A stretch of DNA of 64,000 bases from Acidobacteriota bacterium (GCA_965263035.1 OZ253580.1:4576001-4640000), one strand, 5' to 3'; positions 30,868-41,540 are shown, counted from the first letter of the stretch. Numbers and translations are program-made. The notes: generated from the letters alone by a model not told the origin.

Positions 30868-32850
30868 ATGAACAGCACCGATCTGAACTGGATCGCCAAC
30901 TACATCTGGGGCATCGCCGACGACGTTCTGCGCGATCTCTACGTGCGCGGCAAGTACCGCGACGTCATTCTTCCCATGACCGTTCTGCGGCGGCTGGATG
31001 TGGTGATCGAGGACACGAAGCAGGCCGTGCTTGATATGAAAGCCAGTCTCGATGGGCTGGGTATCGTCGAGCAGGATCCGGCCCTGCGGCAGGCCTCGAA
31101 ACAGGAATTCTACAACACCTCGAAGTTCACCTTGCGCGACTTGAGGTCCCGCGGCAACCGGCAGCAGCTCACGGCCGACTTCAAGGCCTACCTCGACGGT
31201 TTTTCTCCCAACGTCCAGGATATTCTGGACAACTTCGAATTCCGCAACCAGATTCCACGGCTGTCCAGGGCCGATGCCTTGGGCTCGCTGATCGAGAAGC
31301 TCACTTCGCCGGAAATCAATCTGAGTCCCGACCCGGTCCTGAATGCTGACGGGTCCGTGCGGCACCCCGGCCTCGACAACCACGGGATTGGGTCGATCTT
31401 CGAAGAGCTGGTTCGGCGTTTCAACGAGGAGAACAACGAGGAGGCGGGGGAACACTGGACCCCGCGGGACGCCGTGACGCTGATGGCGAAGCTCCTCTTC
31501 CTGCCCATCGCCGACGAGATCAAGTCCGGAACCTACCTGCTCTACGACGGCGCCTGTGGGACCGGCGGCATGTTGACCGTGGCCGAGGAGACCCTGTCGC
31601 GGCTCGCCGCGGAGCGCGGCAAGCAGGTCTCCACACACCTCTACGGCCAGGAGATCAACGCCGAGACCTACGCCATCTGCAAGGCCGACCTGCTGCTGAA
31701 GGGCGAAGGCGCGGCGGCCGACAACATCGTGGGCGGGCCGGAGCACTCGACACTCTCCAACGACGCGTTCCCATCCAGCGAGTTCGACTTCATGCTCTCC
31801 AATCCGCCCTACGGCAAGAGCTGGAAGAGCGACCTGGCACGCATGGGCGGCAAGAAGGAGATGCGCGACCCGCGTTTCGTGATCGAGCATGCGGGCGATC
31901 CCGAGTACTCGCTGGTCACGCGGACCAGCGACGGCCAGATGCTGTTTCTCGCCAACAAGCTCTCCAAGATGAAACGGCACACGCCCCTGGGCAGCCGGAT
32001 CGCCGAAGTCCACAACGGCAGCTCGCTGTTCACGGGCCATGCCGGACAGGGGGAGAGCAACATCCGCCGCTGGATCATCGAGAACGACTGGTTGGAGACG
32101 GTCGTCGCCCTGCCTCTCAACATGTTCTACAACACCGGCATCGCCACCTATGTCTGGGTACTCACCAACCGGAAACCCGATCACCGGAAGGGCAAGGTGC
32201 AGCTGATCGACGCTACGAAGAGATACGAGCCGTTGCGGAAGAATCTGGGGAAGAAGAACTGCGAACTCAGCGAGAAGGATATCGATTGGATCTGCGAGAC
32301 GTTCCTCGCATTTGAGGAGAGCGAACAAAGCAGGATTTTTGACAACGCCACGTTCGGCTACTGGAAGGTGACGGTGGAAAGGCCGTTGCGCCTCGAAGGT
32401 GTCGATTCCGACCGCTCGTACAAGGCTGCGGAGATCAGGAGACTGAAAGCAAGCGGGAAGCGGAGCGAGACGGCGTCGGCCGTGATCAGAAGGATCCACA
32501 AGCGGGGGACGAAAGCTGATCCGCTGCACGGCTTGTTCGCTACCACCGTCAACGGGCGATCTGTCGTGGTGGAGTATGAACCGGACACCAATCTGCGCGA
32601 TACGGAGCAGATCCCGCTGCTGGAGGAGGGAGGCATCGACGGGTTCCTGAGTCGCGAGGTCCTCCCCTATGCCGGCGACGCTTGGTATCCGCCGAACAAA
32701 GTGAAGATCGGCTACGAGATCAGTTTCAATCGATATTTCTACAAGCCGAAGCCCATGCGGACGTTGGAGGAAATTCGTGCGGACATCCTGGCACTGGAGC
32801 ACGAGACGGAAGGATTGCTCGCCGATATCCTGCGCGACATGAGGCCATGA
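30868..32850 (+). CDS. hsdM: Type I R-M methyltransferase subunit (m6A)
   Basis: GEHWTPR, YDGACGTGGML, NPPY, LPLNMFYNTGIATY. Confidence 0.95.
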   Translation: MNSTDLNWIANYIWGIADDVLRDLYVRGKYRDVILPMTVLRRLDVVIEDTKQAVLDMKASLDGLGIVEQDPALRQASKQEFYNTSKFTLRDLRSRGNRQQLTADFKAYLDGFSPNVQDILDNFEFRNQIPRLSRADALGSLIEKLTSPEINLSPDPVLNADGSVRHPGLDNHGIGSIFEELVRRFNEENNEEAGEHWTPRDAVTLMAKLLFLPIADEIKSGTYLLYDGACGTGGMLTVAEETLSRLAAERGKQVSTHLYGQEINAETYAICKADLLLKGEGAAADNIVGGPEHSTLSNDAFPSSEFDFMLSNPPYGKSWKSDLARMGGKKEMRDPRFVIEHAGDPEYSLVTRTSDGQMLFLANKLSKMKRHTPLGSRIAEVHNGSSLFTGHAGQGESNIRRWIIENDWLETVVALPLNMFYNTGIATYVWVLTNRKPDHRKGKVQLIDATKRYEPLRKNLGKKNCELSEKDIDWICETFLAFEESEQSRIFDNATFGYWKVTVERPLRLEGVDSDRSYKAAEIRRLKASGKRSETASAVIRRIHKRGTKADPLHGLFATTVNGRSVVVEYEPDTNLRDTEQIPLLEEGGIDGFLSREVLPYAGDAWYPPNKVKIGYEISFNRYFYKPKPMRTLEEIRADILALEHETEGLLADILRDMRP

Positions 32851-34301
32851 TCGCCAATCAAAAGCCCTATTCGGCCTACAAGGATTCCGGCGTGGAGTGG
32901 CTTGGCGAGGTGCCACAGCATTGGGAAGTGGTTCCACTTAAGCGAGTCGGCTGGTTCAGTAGTGGTGCTGGTTTCCCGATCTCTGCTCAGGGGAACGTTC
33001 AGGGAGAGATTCCGTTCGCAAAAGTTTCCGACATGAATCGTCCTGGTAATGATCGCGAGATCGTCAGTGTGGCCAATGCCGTAACAAGAGAGGTTGCTGA
33101 TGAACTCGGAGCTAATGAGTTCCCGCAAGGTACGATAGTTTTTCCGAAGGTCGGAGGGGCACTTCTCACCAACAAACGACGTATCCTTGTACGTGGGACG
33201 TGCATTGACAACAATCTTATGGGTTGTGTGGTCACCGGAGCAGATACGGAGTTCACGTTCCGGATATTGCGGTGGCTTGACCTTGGTCGGATAGCCAAGC
33301 CTGGACCTGTACCAGCAATCAGCGAGGGCGAAATCAAGGAACTGCGCGTTCAGCTTCCGCCCCTCTCCGAACAATTCGCCATCGTCCGCTTTCTCGACCA
33401 CGCCGAGCGTCGCATCCGGCGCTACATCCGGTCCAAGGAAAGGCTGATCGAGCTTCTGGAGGAGCAGAAGCAGGCCATCATCCACCAAGCCGTGACGGGC
33501 CAGATCGATGTCCGAACCGGCCAGCCCTATCCGGCATACAAGGACTCCGGCGTGGAGTGGCTCGGCAAGGTGCCGGTTCACTGGCACGTTATTGCACTAA
33601 AGCGGATCCTTGATTTACTGGTTGACTGCGAACACAAGACAGCGCCGGCCGTTGATGAAAGTGAGTATCGGGTCGTTCGCACGACAGCTGTTCGCAGGGG
33701 CCGACTCAGGTGGGAAGGAACTTACTGTACGAGTAAGGAAGCTTTTTTGGATTGGACTAAGCGGACAAGTCCGGAGCCGGGAGATGTTGTTTTCACGAGA
33801 GAGGCCCCGGTTGGCGAATCGTGTGTCGTACCGGAGGGCACACGAGTTTGTCTTGGTCAGCGTACGGTCCTCATGAGACCTATACGCGGCGAATATGACC
33901 CCGATTTCCTGGTTCACGTGATCTACACCGGACCACCGAGGCATCAAGTCCGATTGGCATCACAGGGATCCACGGTAGGTCATTTCAACATGAAGGACAT
34001 TGGGTCATTGCGGGTGCTCAAACCACCTTTCGACGAACAGCTACGGATCAAAAACGAGATAGGTAAGCAGATGTACGATCTGGACTTGGCAGTGGCTCGT
34101 ACGGTCCGACAGGTCAGTCTTCTCCAGGAATACCGCACCCGCTTGATAGCCGATGTCGTCACCGGCAAGCTCGATGTCCGTGAGTTGGCGGCCTCGCTAG
34201 CCGAGGTCGAACCCCTGGCAGCAGTGGAAGACACCCTGGATGGATCCGTTAGAGGAATTCCAGAAGCAAATTTAGATAAACTGAATCCCACCCTCGCATA
34301 G
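32847..34301 (+). CDS. hsdS: Type I R-M specificity subunit
   Basis: ATGA overlap with hsdM; two YKDSGVEWLG conserved repeats, two lower-GC TRDs, PPLSEQ/PPFDEQ, EYRTRLIADVVTGK. Confidence 0.95.
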   Translation: MIANQKPYSAYKDSGVEWLGEVPQHWEVVPLKRVGWFSSGAGFPISAQGNVQGEIPFAKVSDMNRPGNDREIVSVANAVTREVADELGANEFPQGTIVFPKVGGALLTNKRRILVRGTCIDNNLMGCVVTGADTEFTFRILRWLDLGRIAKPGPVPAISEGEIKELRVQLPPLSEQFAIVRFLDHAERRIRRYIRSKERLIELLEEQKQAIIHQAVTGQIDVRTGQPYPAYKDSGVEWLGKVPVHWHVIALKRILDLLVDCEHKTAPAVDESEYRVVRTTAVRRGRLRWEGTYCTSKEAFLDWTKRTSPEPGDVVFTREAPVGESCVVPEGTRVCLGQRTVLMRPIRGEYDPDFLVHVIYTGPPRHQVRLASQGSTVGHFNMKDIGSLRVLKPPFDEQLRIKNEIGKQMYDLDLAVARTVRQVSLLQEYRTRLIADVVTGKLDVRELAASLAEVEPLAAVEDTLDGSVRGIPEANLDKLNPTLA

Positions 34302-34309
34302 TCTCATAT

Positions 34310-37300
34310 ATGACTACGGACACAACCGAACGCGGCCTCGAACGCCTGATCTGTAAGGCCTTGACTGGCGATCCCTGCGACCCTCCTGCCGATTGCACGA
34401 TTGGCGACCCGCCCGCCGGGTACGGTGGCGTCGGCTGGTCCTGCGGCAACCACCGCGACTACAACCGTGAGTACTGCGTCGACCTGGTCCAACTCCGCGC
34501 CTTTCTGAACACCACCCAACCCGAAGCCGCCACGGCCCTGCGACTGACCGAAGACGGCCCCGGACGCCGCAGGTTCCTTGCCCGGTTGCAGGGCGAGATC
34601 TCCAAACGCGGCACCATCGACGTCCTCCGAAACGGCATCCGGCACGGTCCCCACGAAATCGATCTCTTCTACGGAACCCCCTCGCCCGAGAACGAGCAGG
34701 CCAAGCAGCGCTTCTGGCAGAATCGTTTCACCGTCATCCGTCAGCTCCGCTACGGCCGGCACGGCACCCAGCGCGCACTCGACATCGGACTCTTCATCAA
34801 CGGTCTTCCCGTCTTCACCTTCGAACTCAAGAACCGCCTGACCAAGCAGACGGTGAGCGACGCCATGGAGCAGTACAGGAAGGACCGCAACCCGCGCGAG
34901 AAGCTCTTCGAGTTCGGCCGTTGCGCGGCCCACTTCGCGGTGGACGAGAACGAGGTCCATTTCTGCACCCATCTCAAGGGGAAGGCCTCCTGGTTCCTGC
35001 CCTTCAACCGGGGTTGGAACGACGGTGCGGGAAACCCGCCCAACCCCAACGGCCTGCGGTCGGACTACCTGTGGCGCCAGGTGCTGACCCGCCGGAGCCT
35101 GACCAACATCCTGGAGAACTACGCCCAGGTCGTGGAATCGAAGGACGCCAAGACGGGGAAGAAGCGGCGAGTCCAGATCTGGCCGCGCTATCACCAGATC
35201 GACGCGGTGCGCGAGCTCCTGGCCGACGCGGGAGCCCGCGGGGCGGGGAAGCGTTACCTGGTCCAGCACTCGGCGGGCAGCGGCAAGAGCTTTTCGATCG
35301 CTTGGCTGGCCCACCAACTGATCCGGCTGGAAAAGGACGACGCTCCGGTCTTCGACTCCATCATCGTCGTCACCGACCGCCGCATCCTCGACCGGCAGAT
35401 CCGAGACACGATAAAGGAAATACGCCCAGGTGCGCTCGACGGTGGGACACGCCGAGCGTTCCGGCGATCTGCGACGGTTCATCGAGTCCGGCAAGAAGAT
35501 CATCATCACGACGATCCAGAAGTTCCCCTTCATTCTCGATGAGATCGGCAACGAACATCGCGGGAGGCGCTTTGCCATCATCATCGACGAGGCCCACTCA
35601 AGCCAGGGCGGCCGCACCGCCGCAGCCATGGCCAAGGCGCTGGGCAAGGCGGGAGAAGCCGAGGACGAGGAGACCTACGAGGATCGGATCAACCGCGCGA
35701 TGGAATCGCGCAAGATCCTCCCCAACGCCAGCTACTTCGCCTTCACCGCCACGCCCAAGAACAAGACGCTGGAGATCTTCGGCGACGCGGACCCGCAGAG
35801 CGACGGTACGGTCCGGCATCACGCCTTTCACACCTACAGCATGAAGCAGGCGATCCAGGAGGGTTTCATCCTGGACGTGCTGCGCCACTACACGCCGGTC
35901 AAGAGCTACTACAAGCTCGCCAAGATGGTGGACGACGATCCCGAGTTCGACGTCAAGAAGGCCCGCAGGAAGCTGCGGCGCTACGTCGAGGGGCACGACC
36001 ACGCGATCCGCCTCAAGTCGGAGATCGTGGTGGACCACTTCCACACCCAGGTCCTGTCCCATGGCAAGATCGGCGGCAGCGCCCGGGCGATGGTCGTCAC
36101 CAACGGGATCGAACGGGCGATCCAATACTACCATGCCATCCGCGACTACCTGAAGGAACGAAAGAGCCGCTACCAGGCCATCGTGGCCTTCTCGGGGAAG
36201 CATGAGTACGGCGGAGCGAAGCTGAGCGAGTCCAAGCTGAACGGCTTTCCGTCGAACAAGATTGCCGAGAGGTTCCGGGAGGATCCGTACCGCTTTCTGG
36301 TCTGTGCGGACAAGTTCCAGACCGGCTACGACGAACCTCTGCTGCACACGATGTACGTGGACAAGACGCTCTCCGGCATCAAGGCGGTTCAGACCCTCTC
36401 CCGGCTCAACCGGGCGCACCCCAAGAAGCACGATGTGTTCGTGCTGGATTTCCTGAACGAGTCGGACACCATCCGAGACGCCTTCGCCGACTACTATCGA
36501 GGGACGATCCTGTCCGAAGAAACCGATCCCAACAAGCTGCACGACCTCCAGACCGACCTGGACAGCGCCCAGGTCTATTCATCCGAGCAGGTCAAAGACT
36601 TCGTGTCGCGCTATTTGGCCGACGAGGACCGCGAAGAGCTGGATCCCATCCTGGAGGCTTGCGTAGAGGTGTACCTGCAGGACCTGGACGAAGACGGGCA
36701 AGTTCAGTTCAAGCGCCAGGCCAAGGGATTTTTGAGAACCTACGCCTTCCTCTCTTCGATCCTGCCGTACAACAACGCCAGGTGGGAAGAACGCTCGATC
36801 TTCCTGAACTTCCTGGTCTCGAAGTTACCGTCCCCGCGTGAGGAGGGTATGTCCAAGGGCATCCTCGACGCCATCGACATGGACAGCTACCGGGTCGAGA
36901 AGAAGGCGATGCAGAAGATCCTCCTGCCGGATGATGATGCCGAGATCGACCCCAGTTCGGACTCCGGTTCCGGTGGCCGTGCCGAGCCCGAGCTGGACCT
37001 CTTGTCCAACATCATCAAGGCTTTCAACGATCTCTTTGGCAACATTCCCTGGGAGGACGGAGACCGGGTGCTCCAACTCATCACCGAAACGATTCCGTCG
37101 CGAGTCGCGCAGGACACCGCTTTCAGGAACGCTCAGAAGAACTCGGACCGGGAGAACGCCCGTATCGAGCACGACAAGGCTCTCCTACGAGTCATGATGG
37201 CGGTGATGAAGGACGACACCCAACTGTTCAAGAAGTTCATGGACGATCCGGATTTCAAGCAGTGGATGAGCAATCTGTCGTTCCGGCAAACGTACAAACC

Positions 37301-37316
37301 GACGGGGCCGCCGTAA
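34310..37316 (+). pseudogene. hsdR: Type I R-M restriction subunit with a +1 frameshift
   Basis: FELKN nuclease motif, HSAGSGKS, IIDEAHS, FTATP. One extra base at ~35416-35420 (ATA AAG GAA A TAC GCC CAG GTG) splits the gene between ORFs 34310-35542 and 35430-37316. Confidence 0.9.
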
Positions 37317-37317
37317 A

Positions 37318-37378
37318 CTCGGATTATTCATGGAACAAGTTGATAAGGGCTTCCAGCGCGACATTTTCGTGCCGTCGC
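37318..37378 (-). mobile_element. IS1380 right-end remnant
   Basis: CTCGGATTATTCATGGAACAAGTTGATAAGGGCTTCCA aligns with the reverse complement of 56433-56493. Confidence 0.75.
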
Positions 37379-37447
37379 ATCCCCGTGGTTTGCTCGGCTC
37401 CCTCCTGCACAACCATGGGGTCCCGCATTGCTATTGACGCCATTCGC

Positions 37448-37695
37448 TCAGTTGGACACGCGCCGCAAGACAAGGGCTTCAACTAACTTCGCGTCGTCAG
37501 GCGCGCTTCTGCTCAGGCCAGCGGGGTCCCCGTGCGCTCCCTCCCAGGGATGCTTGCCGGTGTTCAGGCTTTTATCTTCACGACACGGAGCTGCTCCGGC
37601 GACAGGTCGTCGTAGCCGTCTTCATAACCGTTGACCACCACGCGCAAATCGGCAGCGTGATTCTGCAATATGCTCATCAGTTCCGCTACGGTCAC
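37448..37695 (-). pseudogene. Small hypothetical protein, frameshifted in an A-run (not in ORF track)
   Basis: GTG start 3 bp after the hicB stop: MTVAELMSILQNHAADLRVVVNGYEDGYDDLSPEQLRVVKI, shift at ~37570-37573, then LNTGKHPWEGAHGDP...LRRVSN*. Confidence 0.5.
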
Positions 37696-37698
37696 GGC

Positions 37699-37920
37699 TC
37701 ACCCCGCTGCCGCTGAAACTTCCACAACGTCGGAGGTAGCCTGCGGCTCCGGGATGGGTTCGCCGTCTTCGCGCATACCCTCGATGTGAAACTCGATGGC
37801 CTCCCGGATCTCCTCCAACAGCTCGCCGCGGGTGCTCGCCGTAACCACGCAGCCGGGCAGGTCCGGCACGTAAGCTGCAAAGTTGTTCGGGGTCCTTTCA
37901 ATCACGACGGTGTACTTCAT
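37699..37920 (-). CDS. hicB: HicB-family antitoxin (orphan)
   Basis: [25 protein letters not shown]...[22 protein letters not shown]. Confidence 0.9.
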   Translation of the reverse strand: MKYTVVIERTPNNFAAYVPDLPGCVVTASTRGELLEEIREAIEFHIEGMREDGEPIPEPQATSDVVEVSAAAG

Positions 37921-37938
37921 GACGTTGTTTCCTTCCTT

Positions 37939-38046
37939 GTGCTTGTATTCGGCTGCATCCATCGAGCCGCGGAGCGCATCGGCCATCGCCCACAACTCGG
38001 CCTCGTAGCCTGTCGTCGCACCGCCATCGGTTTGTCTGTTTGCCAT
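37939..38046 (-). pseudogene. hsdM: hsdM 5' remnant of a different type I family
   Basis: [28 protein letters not shown], the typical HsdM N-terminal motif, ending abruptly at the hicB RBS. Confidence 0.85.
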
Positions 38047-38535
38047 CTTCCTTGCTGTCTTTATTCTCCCTTCGCCCAAGACGATTTCCCGGAACCGGGT
38101 CGCAGCCAAAATACGACATATGGCGCGCCGGTACACACCTTGTCGGGGCAGGTTGCAATCTTACAGAGATTATCGGCCCGCACTTGGCCGATTGGTGCGA
38201 AAGTCGGTAGAGGGATCCCGATTGGACAGGAAGACGTGAGGGGCGAATTGTTGATGGTCGTTCTGACGGAGTCCCGTCACCAGTAGTCCTGACTCGGCGA
38301 CAAGGCGGGGCAAGCGAGATCGGTTCTGCAAGTCCGACCCCGCTGACGCATAGGAATGATACGCTCCCCCTCCGGAACGATCGGAAATGGGGTAAGCAAC
38401 AGGAGCGGTGGGCCGTAGACGATCGAAGCTGATCCTGCCCATGGTCCCGGCTCTCAGAGGGACGCCGGTCCTTCGTCCACTGTGGTGATTCGGTTTCCGG
38501 ACAGGGCACGCCAAGAAATTTCTTGAGTTCGTACA

Positions 38536-39402
38536 GTGTCTCGCGCCGCGCAGTTATGCATTCATGATCCCGTGAAGTTCAGATACCGGGGTGTCTGGAT
38601 CAGCGGGCACATCGCCCGCAAGACTCCTCAGAAAGCCGATATCGTGGGATCTGACGGCGGCGAGTACCGAGTGCCATGGGACCTCCTCGCTCAAAACGAA
38701 GCCGAAAGTCGAAAGCGAGTGACTCTGAGGCGAGACCAGCTCAAAGCCCAATTCCGCCCGGATGACGAGGTCTTGATCCCGCACGGTCAGGGCAGGATCG
38801 AGGGCATCCTCGCGCGTCTCGGGCCCAAGCGCGCCCTGGTCGCCACGGAGCACGGAAGCTACTACGTTCCGTATGGTCTGCTGACTCGAGCCGGACCGAA
38901 TCCTGATCGCGACGATGGCCGGCGATTGGCCGAAGTTGCGGCGGAGGCTGAGCGGCTGATGAGTCGGCACGGACTCACGGGATGGAGCTTTCAGTTCGAG
39001 GATGCCTCCAAGCAGGCGGGAGTCTGCGTTTTCGGCCTCAAGGTCATTGGACTCTCCCGCCTCTATTGCCTTCACGCAACCGACCGGCAAGTAAGGGACA
39101 CGATTCTCCACGAGATCGCTCATGCCCTGGTCGGCCCGAAGCATAATCATGATGCCGCCTGGAAGGCAGTCGCGCGTTCGATCGGATGCGCCGGCGACCG
39201 TTGCCACAAAGTGGAGTTTGCCCCGCCTCGCTATATTGCGCGGTGCATCACGTGCGGCTGGGCCGTCAAACGAAATGTCAGGAAACGGGGAGCGATCTGC
39301 AAGGCTTGCAGGACCCCCGTGAGCTACGTCACATACACGAAGAAGGGGTGGGAACTGGCAACAAATGCATCTGACGAGCGGATGGAGACTTGTTCTCGGT
39401 GA
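38536..39402 (+). CDS. SprT-like zinc metalloprotease-domain protein
   Basis: DTILHEIAHAL...HNHDAAWK; C-terminal CITC...CKAC Zn ribbon; two N-terminal SH3-like repeats (YRVPWDLL, YYVPYGLL). Confidence 0.8.
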   Translation: MSRAAQLCIHDPVKFRYRGVWISGHIARKTPQKADIVGSDGGEYRVPWDLLAQNEAESRKRVTLRRDQLKAQFRPDDEVLIPHGQGRIEGILARLGPKRALVATEHGSYYVPYGLLTRAGPNPDRDDGRRLAEVAAEAERLMSRHGLTGWSFQFEDASKQAGVCVFGLKVIGLSRLYCLHATDRQVRDTILHEIAHALVGPKHNHDAAWKAVARSIGCAGDRCHKVEFAPPRYIARCITCGWAVKRNVRKRGAICKACRTPVSYVTYTKKGWELATNASDERMETCSR

Positions 39403-39419
39403 TCAGCTTCTTGACGGGA

Positions 39420-39695
39420 AACACCTGGGGAAGAAGAACTGCGAGCTCGGCAAGGAGGGCATCGCTTGGATTTACGAGACATTCCTCGCGTTCAAGGAGA
39501 ACGAGCACAGCAAGATCTTCGACAATGCCGCCTTCGACTACTGGAAGGTGACGGTGGAAAGGCCGTTGCGCATCGAAGGCATCGATCCCAACTGCGCATA
39601 CAAGCCTGAGCCGATGCGGACGCTGGAGGAGATTCGAGCGGATATCCTGGCGCTGGAGAAAGAAACGGACGGGCTGCTTGACGAGATTCTTGGCC
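39420..39695 (+). pseudogene. hsdM: hsdM 3' relic with internal deletion
   Basis: LGKKNCEL...YWKVTVERPLR...YK|PEPMRTLEEIRADILALE; homologous to 32245-32424 joined to 32745-32830. Confidence 0.88.
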
Positions 39696-39788
39696 GTCAA
39701 CCGATCAATCAGGCCGCTCCGGGCTCAGGAGCGGAAACCATTCACAACAGGGAGTCACGGAACTGACGGAAGGAAAACGATCAGGCCA

Positions 39789-39992
39789 ATGGAGATCATA
39801 TTCGAGGTGACCGAGGCGGTCGAAGGTGGATACGATGCCAGGGCGCTTGGCTATGACATATTCACGCAGGGGGACGATTGGGACGACCTGAAGGCCATGG
39901 CTCGAGATGCGGTGCGCTGTTACTTCGAGGGAGGCAGTGCATCCAAGGTGATTCGGCTCCATCTCGTCACGGAAGAGACCACCGCGGTGTGA
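39789..39992 (+). CDS. hicB: HicB-like antitoxin, copy 2
   Basis: Near-identical to 4563-4766. Confidence 0.75.
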   Translation: MEIIFEVTEAVEGGYDARALGYDIFTQGDDWDDLKAMARDAVRCYFEGGSASKVIRLHLVTEETTAV

Positions 39993-40040
39993 AGCTGCAG
40001 AGTGTCGAAACATGAAGTCCGCGAGCAGCCGTTCGGATAG
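39989..40040 (+). pseudogene. hicA: hicA with most of the gene deleted
   Basis: GTGAAGCTGC joined to AGAGTGTCGAAACATGAAGTCC..., i.e. the first ~10 and last ~42 nt of 4763-5011. Confidence 0.85.
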
Positions 40041-40109
40041 TCACCTGATCTCTGATTGCCGCTTTGGCAACTCACGTGGTATCAGCCCTACCTTGGACAA
40101 CTTCGGGTT

Positions 40110-40400
40110 CCGCCACCGCTGGAGGAGATTCGCGGTAACATCCTGCCAATGGAGAGGGTGACCAAAGCGCTGCTCGGCGAGATCCTGGGCGAGGTGAGGT
40201 CATGATCGCCAACCTCACGCCCTGTACGGCCTACAGGGACTCCGGCGTTGAGTGGTTGGGGGAGGAGCCGGAGCATTGGGGGTGGCGGCGTTGCGTCATC
40301 TCGCCACGAAGTTCGGTTCAGGAAGCACACCCCGTGGTGGAGCAACCGTCTACGTACCGAGAGGCGTTCCGTTTCTGAGAAGTCAGAACGTGCATTATGC
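40110..40400 (+). pseudogene. hsdS: hsdM 3' tip plus hsdS 5' fragment
   Basis: PLEEIRGNIL..., ATG 40202 MIANLTPCTAYRDSGVEWLGEEPEHW, then LRHLATKFGSGSTPRGG...VPFLRSQNV (a different TRD start). Confidence 0.85.
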
Positions 40401-40433
40401 GACCGAACACGACATTGCGAAGGAGGCCGTCCC

Positions 40434-40661
40434 ATGACGAACTGGAACACCTGCCCGGCCGTCGAGCGGGTCCCGGGAAGGGTGAGCGGGGCCTGGGTCT
40501 TTTCGGGCACACGGATTCCACTGTTCGCGCTCTACGAGAACCTTGCCAGCGGCGCGACGATCGACGAGTTCGTCGAGTGGTTTCCGGGCGTCGATGAGTG
40601 GCAAGTCCGTGCGGTGCTCGAACACGAGGCGAAGGCGCTGAGAACAGCGGTGGCGCGTTGA
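40434..40661 (+). CDS. DUF433 antitoxin
   Basis: MTNWNTCPAVERVPGRVSGAWVFSGTRIPLFALYENLASGATIDEFVEWFP; RBS AAGGAGG. Confidence 0.85.
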   Translation: MTNWNTCPAVERVPGRVSGAWVFSGTRIPLFALYENLASGATIDEFVEWFPGVDEWQVRAVLEHEAKALRTAVAR

Positions 40662-40984
40662 AGCTGCTCTTCGATCAGGGCACGCCCGCACCGTTGCGGA
40701 GACACCTGCACGGGCACTCCGTGGACACGCTGGCGGAGAAGGGCTGGTCCCAGAAGGGCAACGGCGAGTTGCTCGATCTGGCGGAGCGCGACGGGTACGA
40801 CGTTCTGGTGACAACCGACCAGAGCCTGCCCCACCAACAGAATCTGGCCCGGTGGCGAGTCGGTGTCGTCGTGCTGCTGTCAACGGATTGGTCCAGGGTT
40901 CGGCTCTGCACCGGAGAGATCGCCCGGGGCATCGAGGCGGTGCGCCCCGGCCAAGCCGTCGAAGTGCGCATCCGGCCCGAGTGA
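40658..40984 (+). CDS. DUF5615 PIN-like toxin
   Basis: LKLLFDQGTPAPLRR...NGELLDLAE...LVTTDQSLPHQQNL; TTGA overlap with DUF433. Confidence 0.85.
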   Translation: MKLLFDQGTPAPLRRHLHGHSVDTLAEKGWSQKGNGELLDLAERDGYDVLVTTDQSLPHQQNLARWRVGVVVLLSTDWSRVRLCTGEIARGIEAVRPGQAVEVRIRPE

Positions 40985-40985
40985 C

Positions 40986-41176
40986 GTGACGACCGACCTC
41001 GCCGAAGCAGGCCTCGAACGCCTGATCTGCGAGGCACTCACCGGCGACCCGTGCGAGCCGGCATCGGGGGCCACGGTCGGCGAGCCGTCCCCCGGATGCG
41101 GCGGTGGCGGCTGGTCCCCCGGCAACCGTCACGACTACGATCGCGAGTACTGCGTCGACCTCTGCCAACTCCGCAT
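40986..41176 (+). pseudogene. hsdR: hsdR 5' relic
   Basis: VTTDLAEAGLERLICEALTGDPCEP...DYDREYCVDLCQLR matches 34310-34498, then breaks off into low-GC DNA. Confidence 0.88.
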
Positions 41177-41303
41177 TGAGTTAAAGTTGAACGCCAAATC
41201 CAAGAACGCTCGTTGGAAGAATATACTTAGGTTTGGCCCATACACTTGGTGTCGATGTGCGAGAGATTCTAGTTGGAATTTATCGGACGTGATGGACACT
41301 GAT

Positions 41304-41540
41304 CTACAACTCCCGTATTTGCCTGGAACCGGCTATCCGAGCTTCGTAAACTATCCGCTTGAGATGCTCCGGATCGTGCATTCCGATCCATCCGTCAGCT
41401 GACGCCCTGAGCGACTCGACGACGCTGGCCGGGGATACGACCTCCCCTACGGACACGACTACTTCCTTGCCTTCTTCGAGGTAAATCCTCTCTTGCGGAA
41501 CGAACACACCCTTTGAATACTTCGCTTTGATCCTTCTCAT
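41304..41540 (-). CDS. DUF104/AF2212-like putative antitoxin
   Basis: MRRIKAKYSKGVFVPQERIYLEEGKEVVVSV. Confidence 0.7.
   Translation of the reverse strand: MRRIKAKYSKGVFVPQERIYLEEGKEVVVSVGEVVSPASVVESLRASADGWIGMHDPEHLKRIVYEARIAGSRQIREL

Noticed and set aside
30481-32937. Long antisense or alternate-frame ORFs (818 aa here; also 1238-2689, 5725-7185, 7032-8624, 13852-15213, 22334-23872, 34304-35647, 54811-56190)
   Set aside because: Shadows of well-supported genes in high-GC DNA; no recognisable motifs.
37699-38136. HsdM-HicB fusion protein (145 aa)
   Set aside because: In-frame juxtaposition of a deletion relic; hicB has its own RBS (AAGGAAGGA) and ATG.
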